DNA of 64,000 nucleotides from Bacillota bacterium (GTDB taxonomy: Bacteria; Bacillota; Dethiobacteria; DTU022; UBA8154): NCBI GenBank assembly GCA_012518675.1, contig JAAYRR010000115.1, positions 7,866 through 71,865 of the forward strand, in the 5' to 3' direction. Under the pieces are notes generated by a model. That model saw only the letters and a list, made by a program, of their open reading frames with translations, was not told the DNA's origin and made no database searches. The first letter of the stretch is position 1; each line of letters starts with the position of its first letter. Shown piece after piece: positions 30,749 to 41,314 of the stretch. The position numbers and the translations under genes are program-made.

Positions 30749-32076
30749 AAGAACCTGCCCAGCGTTTGCCACCGCAAAATATAGAGGCGGAGCAATCAGT
30801 TTTGGGAGCCATGTTGTTGGACACTGAAGCTTTGGTTGAAGTTGCCGAGGTTCTTTCCTACCGGGATTTTTACCGGGAAACGCACCAGCATATTTTTGAG
30901 GCATTGCTCGATCTTTTCAACAGGGGTGAGGCTGTAGATTTAGTGACGGTCTGTGAAGAGCTGGAAAACAAAGACTTGCTGGAAAGAGCGGGGGGTGCGG
31001 TCTACCTGGCCACCCTGGCCAACATGACCCCTACAGCGGCCCATGCCCGCTACTATGCCGGGATTGTCAAAGAAAAAGCACTGTTGCGGGCCTTGATTCG
31101 TTCCGCTACAGATATTGTGGAAAAATCTTACGGCTATGTGGAAAATATTGAGGAATTTTTGGATGAAGCAGAACAGCTGATTTTTGATGTAGCCCGCAAA
31201 AAAGATACACAAAGTTTTATACACCTGCGGGAAGCCTTGGAACAGACCTTTGAAAAGCTGGAAAGGCTTTATGAAAGAAAAAGCGGGTTGACGGGTCTGT
31301 CTACCGGCTTTCCTGATTTAGATAATATTACCTCTGGTTTTCAGGCAGCGGATCTGATTATTATCGCTGCCCGCCCCAGTATGGGCAAGACAACCCTGGC
31401 GGTTAACATTGCCCAACAGATGGCGGTTACTGAAGGGACGCCGGTGGCTTTTTTTAGTTTGGAGATGTCCAGTGAACAGCTCGCGCAAAGGATGCTCTGT
31501 TCTTCGGCGGAAATAGATGCCCAAAGACTGCGCCGCGGCTTTCTTTCCGCAGAAGACTGGCCGCGTCTAACCCAGACAGTAGGCCCGCTTTCCGAACTTC
31601 CTTTGTACATTGATGATACACCGTCTATTTCTGTAATGGAGATGCGTGCTAAAGCGCGCCGTTTGAAACTGGAAAAGGGATTAGGTGCAGTTTTTGTTGA
31701 TTACCTGCAGTTGATGCGCGGCAGCGACAGGGCTGAAAACAGGCAGCAGGAGATTTCCGGCATTTCCCGGGCCCTGAAAGCCCTTGCTAAGGAGCTGAAC
31801 TGCCCGGTAATTGCGCTCTCCCAATTAAGCAGGGCCGTTGAACAGCGTCAGGATAAACGTCCTATTTTAAGTGATTTACTTGATTCAGGCGGCATTGAAG
31901 CCAATGCGGACATGGTTATTTTTATTTACAGGGATGATTATTATTTTCCCGAAACAGAAAAAAAACATGTTACAGAAATACTTATTTCCAAACAAAGAAA
32001 TGGACCGACCGGCAAAGTTGAACTTTATTTTATGGACCGCTACACCAAGTTTGTCAGTATTTCCCACCAAAACTAA
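30745..32076 (+). CDS. dnaB: Replicative DNA helicase DnaB (DnaC in Bacillus nomenclature)
   Basis: N-terminal QNIEAEQSVLGAML; RecA-like domain ARPSMGKTTLA; no intein. Confidence 0.95.
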   Translation: MKEPAQRLPPQNIEAEQSVLGAMLLDTEALVEVAEVLSYRDFYRETHQHIFEALLDLFNRGEAVDLVTVCEELENKDLLERAGGAVYLATLANMTPTAAHARYYAGIVKEKALLRALIRSATDIVEKSYGYVENIEEFLDEAEQLIFDVARKKDTQSFIHLREALEQTFEKLERLYERKSGLTGLSTGFPDLDNITSGFQAADLIIIAARPSMGKTTLAVNIAQQMAVTEGTPVAFFSLEMSSEQLAQRMLCSSAEIDAQRLRRGFLSAEDWPRLTQTVGPLSELPLYIDDTPSISVMEMRAKARRLKLEKGLGAVFVDYLQLMRGSDRAENRQQEISGISRALKALAKELNCPVIALSQLSRAVEQRQDKRPILSDLLDSGGIEANADMVIFIYRDDYYFPETEKKHVTEILISKQRNGPTGKVELYFMDRYTKFVSISHQN

Positions 32077-32331
32077 AATTTTTATTTCTTAATGGAACAT
32101 TTACCTATCCCCTGTGATATGTTGGAATATATCCTTCACTTTTCGACCAATTTATTATTTATTTTCAAATCATCTATATTTTGGGCAGGAATTCCGCCTT
32201 CAAGAGCGAACTAATACTACTTGTTAAGACTCCTTAACAAACTAAATAACATTTCTACATATTCTTAATATTTATACACCGGTTATTTATAATTACAGCC
32301 AGTAGTTCGTTTTCTGAAGGAGGGTTTAGTT

Positions 32332-33714
32332 TTGTTACCTTTGAAAATAATATTTCCTGTCCTCACCAAAATGAAAAAAAATGCCAACTTATATTTCTTG
32401 TTGGGCAGTGCGTTTGCGCTTTGGGGTATTTTAAGTTTTTACAGTGTCTGGTCTGGAACCTTTTATGCTGTAGCTGTTAACGGCTTGGAGGCCGGCCTGC
32501 TTAAAAAACAGGAGGAGCTGCCGGCAATCCTTGAGGAACTGCAGTCTAAGGCTGCAGATTATTATGACTTGCCGGTGGTTTTAGTGGAAGATGTTACCTT
32601 GGAAAAGGTTTTCCGCCCCTCTGCAGAAGCTGATGCGCAGCAGGTGACTTCCCAGTTGCGTCATCTGTTAAGCTACAAGGTTGCCGCCCAGATGGTCACT
32701 GTTAACGAACGGGATGTTTTTCCCGTAAAGACAGAAAAAGAAGTTGAAAAAGTGATCGAACTGGTCCGGGACGCATATATTACCTGCCAGGAGAATGTAT
32801 CGCTGGAAAAGGTACTCATCGGGGAAAAAATTTCTTTCAGGAGCTGTTATGTTTATCCTGAAAAACTTTATACTGCAGAAACTTTGGTTTCTTTTTTGCT
32901 CCAGGGAACAAAACGCCGGGAGGTTTACCTGGTTTCCCGGGGGGATTCCCTTTGGAAAATTGCCAGGGACAACAACTTGTCGGTAGATACCCTCAAGGAG
33001 GCCAATCCGCAACTTAATGGTGACGCCCTGCAGGAAGGTGATGAAATAAGTTTGGTCGTTGCCGAGCCGCTGGTTAATGTCACAACCGTGGAACGTTTGC
33101 ACGCTGAAGAAAGCATTCCCTTTGAAACGGAATATACCTATGATAGCAACCTCTGGCGAACACAATCCCGGGTGGTGAAAAACGGGGTTTTGGGGCAAAA
33201 GGAGGTTGTTTATCAGGTTACCAAGGAAAACGGTGTGGAAATTAAACGGGAAAAGTTGCAGGAAAACGTTCTGAAGGAACCGGAAGCACGGGTTATCGCA
33301 GCCGGGCTTTCACAGATACCGTCGCAGGGGACCGGGAGTTTTTCCTGGCCGGTGCGGGGCGGGGGGCGCATTTCTTCCGGCTACGGCTGGCGCAACGGCG
33401 GTTTTCATGCCGGTGTGGATATCGCCGCGCCAACGGGGACTCCGGTTTTGGCCGCTGACAGCGGGGTGGTAGTCTTTCAGGGCTGGGACGGGGGTTACGG
33501 CCTGTGTGTAGTTGTCAACCATGGCCAATATTGTACCCGCTATGCCCATAATTCGCGCAACCTTGTGAATACCGGACAAGCGGTTAGCAAAGGACAGGTT
33601 ATCGCCAGCATAGGTTCGACGGGGCAAAGCACGGGTTCACACCTTCATTTTGAAATTCGCAGCGGCGGCATGCATGGTTCAACGGTGAACCCCCTTAACT
33701 TTTTCCGCCCGTAA
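32332..33714 (+). CDS. LysM-domain M23 (LytM-type) metalloendopeptidase
   Basis: TTG start after GGAGGG; N-terminal TM; LysM (GDSLWKIARDNNLSVDTLKEAN); C-terminal M23 HxxxD...HLHFE. Confidence 0.85.
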   Translation: MLPLKIIFPVLTKMKKNANLYFLLGSAFALWGILSFYSVWSGTFYAVAVNGLEAGLLKKQEELPAILEELQSKAADYYDLPVVLVEDVTLEKVFRPSAEADAQQVTSQLRHLLSYKVAAQMVTVNERDVFPVKTEKEVEKVIELVRDAYITCQENVSLEKVLIGEKISFRSCYVYPEKLYTAETLVSFLLQGTKRREVYLVSRGDSLWKIARDNNLSVDTLKEANPQLNGDALQEGDEISLVVAEPLVNVTTVERLHAEESIPFETEYTYDSNLWRTQSRVVKNGVLGQKEVVYQVTKENGVEIKREKLQENVLKEPEARVIAAGLSQIPSQGTGSFSWPVRGGGRISSGYGWRNGGFHAGVDIAAPTGTPVLAADSGVVVFQGWDGGYGLCVVVNHGQYCTRYAHNSRNLVNTGQAVSKGQVIASIGSTGQSTGSHLHFEIRSGGMHGSTVNPLNFFRP

Positions 33715-33747
33715 GGAACTGTTAAAAAGGAAAATATTTTTTATACG

Positions 33748-33778
33748 GCTGCTTTGTTTGTGCAAAAGCAGCTTTTTT
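33748..33778 (+). terminator. Intrinsic terminator after the M23 peptidase gene
   Basis: GCTGCTTT...AAAGCAGC followed by TTTTTT. Confidence 0.65.
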
Positions 33779-33890
33779 GTATCTCTTTTAGGTTTGTTAC
33801 CATAAAATAAAGTATCTGTAATATTGCTGTAACATTGGAATGGTATTATTTTTAAAGAGTTGACCCCCTCTTAAATATAATTTTTTCTCT

Positions 33891-33919
33891 CACGTGGCCA
33901 TCAGGCCACGTTTTTTTTT
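33891..33919 (+). terminator. Strong hairpin plus T9 (second terminator)
   Basis: CACGTGGCC-atca-GGCCACGT followed by TTTTTTTTT. Confidence 0.7.
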
Positions 33920-34045
33920 GCCGGGCAGGAGTTTACCCGCTCTGTACGGAAATATTTATTATGTTAAATAGGATTATATTAAAGCAGAATTTTTAAAGGA
34001 TCTTTGCAGGAAGCTTTGCTTTTTATATACACAGGGGGCAGGGAT

Positions 34046-34732
34046 TTGAAAACCAAAGTGCTGGTGGTTGATGATGAAAAGCCTATTGCTGAAATATTAA
34101 AATATAATCTGGAAGCGGAAGGGTTCGCGGTTTTGGTTGCCTACGACGGGGAAGAGGCCCTGCAACTGGCCTTTCGGGAACAGCCGGATCTTATTTTACT
34201 GGATATCATGTTGCCGCGGCTGGACGGCTACAGCGTCTGCCGGCAAATTCGCCAAAAGCTGGATATACCGATTATCATGCTCACCGCCCGGGAAACAGAA
34301 TTCGACAAGGTGCTGGGTCTGGAATTGGGGGCCGATGATTATGTTACCAAACCTTTCAGTATTCGCGAACTGCTGGCCAGAATTAAAGCTGCGTTGCGCC
34401 GGGTTAAAATGCAGGAAAAAGACCCGAAAATTATAACCTGCGGCCAGCTGACACTCGATCCCGGTAAAATGGAATTAAAGAAGGAAGACAAACAAATTGA
34501 ACTGACCTACAGGGAATTTACACTGCTGTCCTTTCTATTAAAAAATGTTGGCTACGTATTTAGCCGTGACAAACTATTAAAAGAGGTCTGGGGCTATGAT
34601 TACAGCGGTGATGTCCGGACTGTTGATGTTACCGTCAGGCGGTTAAGGGAAAAAATTGAGGACGATCCGGGGAACCCTCGTTATCTGCGTACCCGGCGGG
34701 GGGCCGGCTATTACCTAAGGAGGCCGCAATAG
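34046..34732 (+). CDS. walR: OmpR-family response regulator WalR/YycF
   Basis: TTG start after GGGGG; [15 protein letters not shown]...DIMLP receiver domain and winged-helix output domain; followed by walK, yycH and yycI. Confidence 0.92.
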   Translation: MKTKVLVVDDEKPIAEILKYNLEAEGFAVLVAYDGEEALQLAFREQPDLILLDIMLPRLDGYSVCRQIRQKLDIPIIMLTARETEFDKVLGLELGADDYVTKPFSIRELLARIKAALRRVKMQEKDPKIITCGQLTLDPGKMELKKEDKQIELTYREFTLLSFLLKNVGYVFSRDKLLKEVWGYDYSGDVRTVDVTVRRLREKIEDDPGNPRYLRTRRGAGYYLRRPQ

Positions 34733-34819
34733 ATGCCGTCTGCAGACAGGAAAAAAGCCCAGCCTTTTGCAGCGACCAGGCCTAAAGAGCCGGCAAAGGC
34801 CGGCAAGGTGTGTTGGGGC

Positions 34820-36634
34820 ATGCAGGCTAAAATTGTCCTGCTTTATTCTCTGTTGATTTTTTTTGCCTTGCAACTGAGCGGTGTCTACCTTGTAAAATCC
34901 TTGGAAAGTTATTACCTGCGCAATTATGCCAATAACCAGTTGGCCCAGGGGGAGCTGTTGGGCAGTTTTATCCGCCGTTATCTGCTGGAGGACGAACAGC
35001 AGGGCGAGTTGATCTCCAGCTTAGTGGCTGAATTTGGGGGAGGAATACCGGGAACAGAAACCGTCACCATGGTTTTGGATCGTCACGGCCGCCTGTTGGG
35101 GGGGCCGGAACAAAAATCGCTTTTTTTTCTTAAGGAACGTGTTATCCAGGACGATATTTTGCTGGCCCTTACCGGAAACAAGGTGGAAGCCATCCGGGTA
35201 GATCCGGAAACGGGAGCGCGCTATTATTTTTTGGCGTTGCCGATTAAGGATCTTTCCACCGTGGTAGGGGTTGTTTTTTTAAGAGGTTCCCTGGAACATA
35301 TTTATCTGACCTTAAAAGAGATTAAAGTCATGTTGATTAGCGGCTGGGTGGTGGTCATTGCTATTGCCATAGCTATCAGTTTTTTGTTAACTAGGACCAT
35401 TACCAGGCCTATTAGGGAGGTTACTTCCCGGGCGGCAGCTCTGGCCCAGGGCGATTTTACAAGGTTAATTGAAATCCATGCCACAGATGAAATTGGGGAA
35501 CTGGGCAAAATGTTTAATTTCCTGACCAAACGTCTGCAAGAAACTTTAAAGGAGATCTCCACTGAAAAAAACAAGGTAGAGGCTATTTTAAATTATATGA
35601 CCGATGGTGTGGTTGCTTTTAACAAAGATGGGCAGGCCATCCATGTTAATCCCGCTGCCAAAGCGATTTTCCAGGAGGCGGGTTTGCCGGCCGGCCAGAG
35701 GTTGACCTGGGAAACCATGTCTGAAACACTTTTTCAGAAAGGGGAACAGCCCGCATTGTTTCCGGCAGGGGAACCGGCGACCCAGGAGATTCACCTGGGG
35801 CAGGCTGTGGAAAATATTTTGCAGGTGCATTTTGCCCCCTTTAAAGAAAAAGGGGAGCGGCAGGGGATGCTTGTTGTCCTGCATGATGTGACCAGGGAAA
35901 GGAGCCTGTCGCGCCTGCAGCAGGAATTTGTGGCCAATGTTTCCCATGAACTGCGAACCCCCCTGACCACCATTAAAAATTATATTGAAACACTTTTAAA
36001 CGGGGCACAGGAAGACCCCCGGGTGCGGACACGTTTTTTAGAGGTGGTGGAAAAGGAAACGGAACGCATGGTTAAGCTGGTCAGGGATTTGCTGGTCCTT
36101 TCACGTTTTGATTATAAAGAGGTCCAGTGGGTAAAAGAAAAGGCTGACCTGGGCCTCCTGCTGGTAGATGTTTTGCACCAGGTTGAACATGCCTGCCGGG
36201 AAAAAGATGTTTCCTTGGCGGTGACTCTGCCGGAGGAAAGCTGCCAGGTATTTTTAGATAAAGACAAAATACGCCAGGTGTTGTTAAATTTACTGGAAAA
36301 CGCTTATAAATTCACCCCAGCAGGCGGCGAAATTACGATCAGGGTTTTCCCCGGCGACGAATGCAGCATCTGTGTGGCCATTTGTGACACAGGGGCCGGA
36401 ATTCCCCCGGCAGATCAGGAACGTGTTTTTGAACGATTTTACCGCGTGGACAAAACCCGTTCCCGTGCATCCGGGGGTACGGGCCTGGGTTTGCCGATTG
36501 CCAAACAGATTATCGAGGCGCACGGGGGGAAGATTACCCTGAAAAGTAAACCCGGGGAAGGGACGGAGATGCAATTTTGCCTGCCTGTGAACGGGAATCA
36601 TGATTGCGCCGGTAAAAAAAACAGCAAGGCTTGA
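34820..36634 (+). CDS. walK: Sensor histidine kinase WalK/YycG
   Basis: Two TM segments, HAMP, PAS, HisKA (SHELRTPLT) and HATPase_c. Start chosen at MQAKIVLLYSLLIFF by alignment with WalK N-termini. Confidence 0.9.
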   Translation: MQAKIVLLYSLLIFFALQLSGVYLVKSLESYYLRNYANNQLAQGELLGSFIRRYLLEDEQQGELISSLVAEFGGGIPGTETVTMVLDRHGRLLGGPEQKSLFFLKERVIQDDILLALTGNKVEAIRVDPETGARYYFLALPIKDLSTVVGVVFLRGSLEHIYLTLKEIKVMLISGWVVVIAIAIAISFLLTRTITRPIREVTSRAAALAQGDFTRLIEIHATDEIGELGKMFNFLTKRLQETLKEISTEKNKVEAILNYMTDGVVAFNKDGQAIHVNPAAKAIFQEAGLPAGQRLTWETMSETLFQKGEQPALFPAGEPATQEIHLGQAVENILQVHFAPFKEKGERQGMLVVLHDVTRERSLSRLQQEFVANVSHELRTPLTTIKNYIETLLNGAQEDPRVRTRFLEVVEKETERMVKLVRDLLVLSRFDYKEVQWVKEKADLGLLLVDVLHQVEHACREKDVSLAVTLPEESCQVFLDKDKIRQVLLNLLENAYKFTPAGGEITIRVFPGDECSICVAICDTGAGIPPADQERVFERFYRVDKTRSRASGGTGLGLPIAKQIIEAHGGKITLKSKPGEGTEMQFCLPVNGNHDCAGKKNSKA

Positions 36635-36670
36635 ACAGCTGAAGGTGTTTTTGCAAAGGGGTGTTGTGCA

Positions 36671-38086
36671 TTGCGGGAAAAATTTAAAGGGATCCTACTA
36701 ATTTTTTTAGTTATGTGCAGTATGGGGTTAACATACCGGTTATGGTTTGGCCGCCCCCCGCTGGAAGAAGGAACCGCCCCCCGCTATGAATACGCTTATT
36801 TTACACCTTTGCCTCCTTTGTCCGAAGTTGTACGGCCTAAGGAAATAATTTTTTGCGGGGGGGAAAAACCGCATCTTTACCGGCGCGGGGAGGAAGAATA
36901 CCGGCGGTTATGGTCCCGCGGCCGGAGAACATTGGCCCAGGTGCTGGATCCGGAAAAAATGAAACGCTGTAGCAGCGAAGAGCTGGAAGCAGCCCGGGAA
37001 AAAGCTGCTTTTAAACTCGTCTATGCTTTTGACCCTCCTTTCCCTTTGGAATTTAGCAGTGAACGGCTGGCGACAACGGGGGTTGATGCCCGTGTAATTA
37101 CCTTTTTATGGGGAAAGGACAGTCGGGCGATTTTCATGGAAGGAAATGAAATTTATGGCCTGCCCCTGCCCGAGGAAGCCTGGTCGCAGGATGAATTTTT
37201 ACCGACTGCTGTCAAACCGGGTTTGCAGTTGCCCCCCGTGTTGGTTTTAAACGTTGTCGATGAACAAGCTGGGGAAACGGGCTGCAACAGTTTTGAAACT
37301 GCGGAAACACCGGGGGAAACAGGCTCTCTTTCCTTAGGAATTGCAGGTAATGCCGGCACTGCACAGGGGGAAAGTTATGAGATTAGGGTTTCAGGGGAAA
37401 TTTTTATAGAAGAAGAGGGTTTAACAGCGGCTGAAATTATGTTGGAAAAGGAAGACTTGCAGCGTGAAGAATTAGTTAAGGCATTTTTTTTGGATTTATC
37501 TATGGCCCGGCGCATAGAAGAAAAAGACGGCGCGTTTTATTATACAAACGGTGAAAAAGGACTGCGCATCTATACCTCCGGCCTGGTTGAGTTTACCGCC
37601 CCACGGCTGGACAGTTCCCTGCAACAGCGGATGCCTTATAGCCAGGCCCTGCAAAAAGGGATTGAAAACCTCAGCCTTTACGGGGGGTGCCCGCCGAGCG
37701 CCTATTTATGTGCAGCCCGGAATAGCGGCAACGGTTACAGGCTATCCTGGTGCCAGGTAACCGACGGCTTGGTGTGGGTGGGCGAAAATGCCGGGTGTGA
37801 AATTGTGCTTAATGAACAGGGGGTCACTTTCTACCGGCGCAATTTTCCGGTTGCCGGCGCAGAAATCGCCGCACGCCGTCCTTTTCGCCCCTATGAAGAT
37901 GCGCTCCGCCAGGCCGTATGTTTATACCGGGACGAGTTGCCGGGAAAAAAGGCCACCCTTTTGTCCCTCAGACCGGTGTATTACCTTACCGCCGGTAAAA
38001 ATGGACAGGCTGTCCCGGCGTGGGCGGTTGATTTTGCCGAAACCGGGGTTATTTACCTGCATTGGTCCACTTTAAAACCGCTTTAA
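36671..38086 (+). CDS. yycH: Two-component regulatory protein YycH (WalH)
   Basis: 471 aa, N-terminal TM anchor, in the conserved position after walK. Confidence 0.8.
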   Translation: MREKFKGILLIFLVMCSMGLTYRLWFGRPPLEEGTAPRYEYAYFTPLPPLSEVVRPKEIIFCGGEKPHLYRRGEEEYRRLWSRGRRTLAQVLDPEKMKRCSSEELEAAREKAAFKLVYAFDPPFPLEFSSERLATTGVDARVITFLWGKDSRAIFMEGNEIYGLPLPEEAWSQDEFLPTAVKPGLQLPPVLVLNVVDEQAGETGCNSFETAETPGETGSLSLGIAGNAGTAQGESYEIRVSGEIFIEEEGLTAAEIMLEKEDLQREELVKAFFLDLSMARRIEEKDGAFYYTNGEKGLRIYTSGLVEFTAPRLDSSLQQRMPYSQALQKGIENLSLYGGCPPSAYLCAARNSGNGYRLSWCQVTDGLVWVGENAGCEIVLNEQGVTFYRRNFPVAGAEIAARRPFRPYEDALRQAVCLYRDELPGKKATLLSLRPVYYLTAGKNGQAVPAWAVDFAETGVIYLHWSTLKPL

Positions 38087-38115
38087 AAAAATAGATATAA
38101 CCGGATGGTGTCTAT

Positions 38116-39015
38116 ATGGATTTTTCCAGGGCCAGAACAGTTCTTATCTGGGTATTTTTGTTTTTAAACTTTTTCCTGCTTGATCAGATTTGGCAGGGTG
38201 AAGGTGGCGGCAGTTATATTTTCCCGGGGTGGCAGGAGGAGGCCTCGCGCTTGGAAACGGCGCTGCAGGCAGCAGGCTTTTCCCTGGAAACCACCCTGCC
38301 GCGGGGTGGCACCCGTTTGGCCCACTTAGTGGTGAAACCCGGGGAACCTGCGGTGGAGGAATTCATTTATTCTGTATGGCAGGTTTTGGAAAATGGCAGG
38401 GAAGATTTTCCCATGCCGGTACCGGAAAAAAGTCCAAACGGGGAAAAAGGGGTGGCAGGCAGAAAATCCTATTATTTTGGGGACTACTGCCTGCATGCTG
38501 AAAAAAAGGGTTTGCTGGTCCTGGAGGCGAATAAAAAAAATATTTCACACCAAAAAAATACCTCCGGTGGGGAAATGCTGCCGGTTCTGCAGGGTTTTAT
38601 CAGGAAAGATCCCTTTTTAAAGGGTTTTATTTACGACTATACCCAGGAGACACAGCAAGGCACTGTAGTCCATTACAGGCAGGGTTACGAAGGCTTTCCC
38701 CTTTATGGCGGTTTTTTGGAACTGATGTCGGGCAAGGAAGGTGACTTTGTTTTTACCCTTTACCGCCTGGAACCCTTAGGGTTTGCTGCACAAACGCGGG
38801 AAGTGATTTCACCTGCGGCCTCCCTTTTGCGTTTTTTGGAGGTATACGAAACAAATCAGGAACCGGTAAAAAAAAGCATCATAGATTTAGCCTTAGGCTA
38901 CTATAGTTGCGGTTATGATGCTGAAAAGTGGGAAATTCCACCGGTGTGGAGGATTCGCCTGCACAATGGTGAAGTATACTACATTAACGCTTTTACCGGT
39001 CATTTAGAAAAATAA
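38116..39015 (+). CDS. yycI: Two-component regulatory protein YycI (WalI)
   Basis: 299 aa, N-terminal TM anchor, in the conserved position after yycH. Confidence 0.8.
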   Translation: MDFSRARTVLIWVFLFLNFFLLDQIWQGEGGGSYIFPGWQEEASRLETALQAAGFSLETTLPRGGTRLAHLVVKPGEPAVEEFIYSVWQVLENGREDFPMPVPEKSPNGEKGVAGRKSYYFGDYCLHAEKKGLLVLEANKKNISHQKNTSGGEMLPVLQGFIRKDPFLKGFIYDYTQETQQGTVVHYRQGYEGFPLYGGFLELMSGKEGDFVFTLYRLEPLGFAAQTREVISPAASLLRFLEVYETNQEPVKKSIIDLALGYYSCGYDAEKWEIPPVWRIRLHNGEVYYINAFTGHLEK

Positions 39016-39078
39016 ACAGTTCTTTAAAGATATGGTTTTATATTTTCCCACAAAGTAAAAACAAGGGGGCATGTCGCA

Positions 39079-40356
39079 TTGGAGCGCCTGGTAATTAAAG
39101 GCAAACAAAGACTTAAAGGAGCAACCAGGGTAAATGGTGCAAAAAACGCTGCAGTAGCGGTTATACCGGCGTCTTTGTTGACCTCATCCCAAGTAAAAAT
39201 TGAAAATATACCGCATATTACCGACATTGAATGGTTAATCGAAATTTTAAAAGCCTTAGGTGCCAAAGTTTCCCGCCTGGGAAAAGGCGGCTTGCTGGTT
39301 GATTCTTCAGGGGTAAACAGTTTTACACCACCGCATGAACTTGCAGATAAATTTCGTGCCTCCTACTATCTGATGGGTGCCCTGCTGGGTCGCTGCGGGC
39401 AGGTGGAAATTCCCATGCCCGGCGGTTGCAACTTAGGGCCGCGCCCTATCGATCAGCATATTAAAGGTTTCACTGCTTTGGGGGCAAATGTTAATTTGGA
39501 GCATGGTCTGGTGAAAATTAAGGCAAGTAAGTTAAAGGGCGCGCATATATATTTAGATGTGGTCAGTGTGGGCGCCACGATCAATATTATGTTGGCAGCA
39601 GCACGGGCTGAAGGAAAAACAGTGATTGAAAATGCAGCTAAAGAGCCGGAAATTGTAGATGTGGCAAATTTTTTGAATGCGATGGGGGCCCGGGTGGTCG
39701 GGACGGGTACGGACATTATCAAAATTAGGGGTGTGCCCTCCTTAGGCGGGGTGGAGCACAGTGTCATTCCAGACCGTATTGAAGCCGGGACCTTCATGAT
39801 TGCCGCAGCGGCCACACAGGGCGAAGTGTTGATAGAAGATGTGATTCCTAAACATCTGGATCCTGTGATTGCCAAATTAAAGGAGGTCGGTGTGCCGCTT
39901 GAAATCGGCCCCGACTGGATTAAAGTGCTGGCGGGCAACAGTTGCTCCCCGGCAGATGTGAAAACGTTTCCCTACCCGGGTTTTCCCACCGACCTGCAGG
40001 CCCCGATGATGGTTTTATTGACACAGGCACCGGGAACGAGCATCGTTTCTGAAAACGTTTTTGAAGGCCGCTTTCGCCATGTGGCAGAACTGAAAAAAAT
40101 GGGGGCCCGGATTAAACTGGAAGGACGGGCGGCGATTATTGAAGGGGGGCGAGAGCTGATTAGCGCACCCTTGAAGGCTGCCGACTTGCGCGGGGGGGCT
40201 GCCCTGGTAATAGCCGGCATGATTTCCCGGGGGGAAACTATTGTAGAAGGAATTGAACATATTGATCGGGGTTACGAACATCTGGAAGAACGGTTTAACC
40301 GCTTGGGGGCCAAAATTGCACGAAAAAAGGTGACGGAAAGTGTATTTCCCGGGTAA
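39079..40356 (+). CDS. murA: UDP-N-acetylglucosamine 1-carboxyvinyltransferase
   Basis: TTG start after GGGGG; active-site Cys loop GGCNLGPRPIDQH; EPSP-synthase fold. Confidence 0.93.
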   Translation: MERLVIKGKQRLKGATRVNGAKNAAVAVIPASLLTSSQVKIENIPHITDIEWLIEILKALGAKVSRLGKGGLLVDSSGVNSFTPPHELADKFRASYYLMGALLGRCGQVEIPMPGGCNLGPRPIDQHIKGFTALGANVNLEHGLVKIKASKLKGAHIYLDVVSVGATINIMLAAARAEGKTVIENAAKEPEIVDVANFLNAMGARVVGTGTDIIKIRGVPSLGGVEHSVIPDRIEAGTFMIAAAATQGEVLIEDVIPKHLDPVIAKLKEVGVPLEIGPDWIKVLAGNSCSPADVKTFPYPGFPTDLQAPMMVLLTQAPGTSIVSENVFEGRFRHVAELKKMGARIKLEGRAAIIEGGRELISAPLKAADLRGGAALVIAGMISRGETIVEGIEHIDRGYEHLEERFNRLGAKIARKKVTESVFPG

Positions 40357-40395
40357 TAATTTGTATTATTATGCCTAAGAATGTTAGGTGATGCG

Positions 40396-41028
40396 ATGGA
40401 AATCTGGCTTGTGCGCCATGCTGTGACAGAGGCCAACTTAGAAGGAAGATTGCAGGGGCAGCTGGAATACCCTTTGAGCAAGGAAGGGCGCAAGCAGGCT
40501 TTTGCCCTGGCCCGGCGCCTAAAAAAACAACCCTTTTGTGCTTTTTTCAGCAGCGATTTGCAGCGGACTAAAGAAACATCTTACCTGATCAGCTCTCTGC
40601 AAAAAGGCCCGCACCCTCTTTATTCATCACTGCTGCGGGAATACTGTTTTGGCAAGATCCAGGGGTTGACTAAAAAGGAGATTCGTGCCCGTGACCCCCG
40701 GCTTGCCGCTTGTTTGCAACATGATTTTTACCATACAGAGATACCCGGGGCTGAAGGGCTGCCGGGGCTATTCCGGCGGGTTAGGGTTTTTTATCATTTT
40801 TTGTCCCGGTTTGCAGAAAAAAACAGCCCCTCACGGCCGGTGTTGGTTGTGAGCCACGGGCGTTTTCTGCAGGCTTTTGTGATTCATTTTTTAAAATACG
40901 ATCTGCGGGAGCCCTGGCCCTTTTCTTTCAGTCCGGCTTCCCTCACCATTTTAGAAGGAAATTTTAAAAACAAAAGGCGCCTGAAACTTTTCAATGATAC
41001 CTGCCATTTAAAATGGCCGGTGAGGTAG
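40396..41028 (+). CDS. Histidine phosphatase (phosphoglycerate mutase family) protein
   Basis: ATG after AGGTGA; catalytic LVRHAVTE...; second His in VVSHGRF. Confidence 0.8.
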   Translation: MEIWLVRHAVTEANLEGRLQGQLEYPLSKEGRKQAFALARRLKKQPFCAFFSSDLQRTKETSYLISSLQKGPHPLYSSLLREYCFGKIQGLTKKEIRARDPRLAACLQHDFYHTEIPGAEGLPGLFRRVRVFYHFLSRFAEKNSPSRPVLVVSHGRFLQAFVIHFLKYDLREPWPFSFSPASLTILEGNFKNKRRLKLFNDTCHLKWPVR

Positions 41029-41314
41029 TTGTTTTGCGGGGGCTAAGCATAGTTATGCAGGGGGTTGTTGCGAACCCCACCGTAAATATAAAGATAAAGC
41101 GTGCAGCGGGCAGACCGGGATGCCTGCATCAGCAGCCGGTTATTTTTTACACCGGCTGCATTTGTTACTGTGCCCGGGGTCGGACAGGGAAACTTTTGTA
41201 ATTTTATATAATTGGCAACAAGGATCCTGTTTCTGCTTTTGTTTTCTTTACAACAGAATTAAATTTGTATAAACTGTAGGACAAGAACAGGAAGTATTTT
41301 TATCGTGCAAAGAG

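Noticed and set aside
33861-33880. TTGACC ... TATAAT as a walR promoter
   Set aside because: Spacing between the hexamers is only 10 nt, incompatible with a sigma-A promoter. The TATAAT may still act with another -35; left unannotated.
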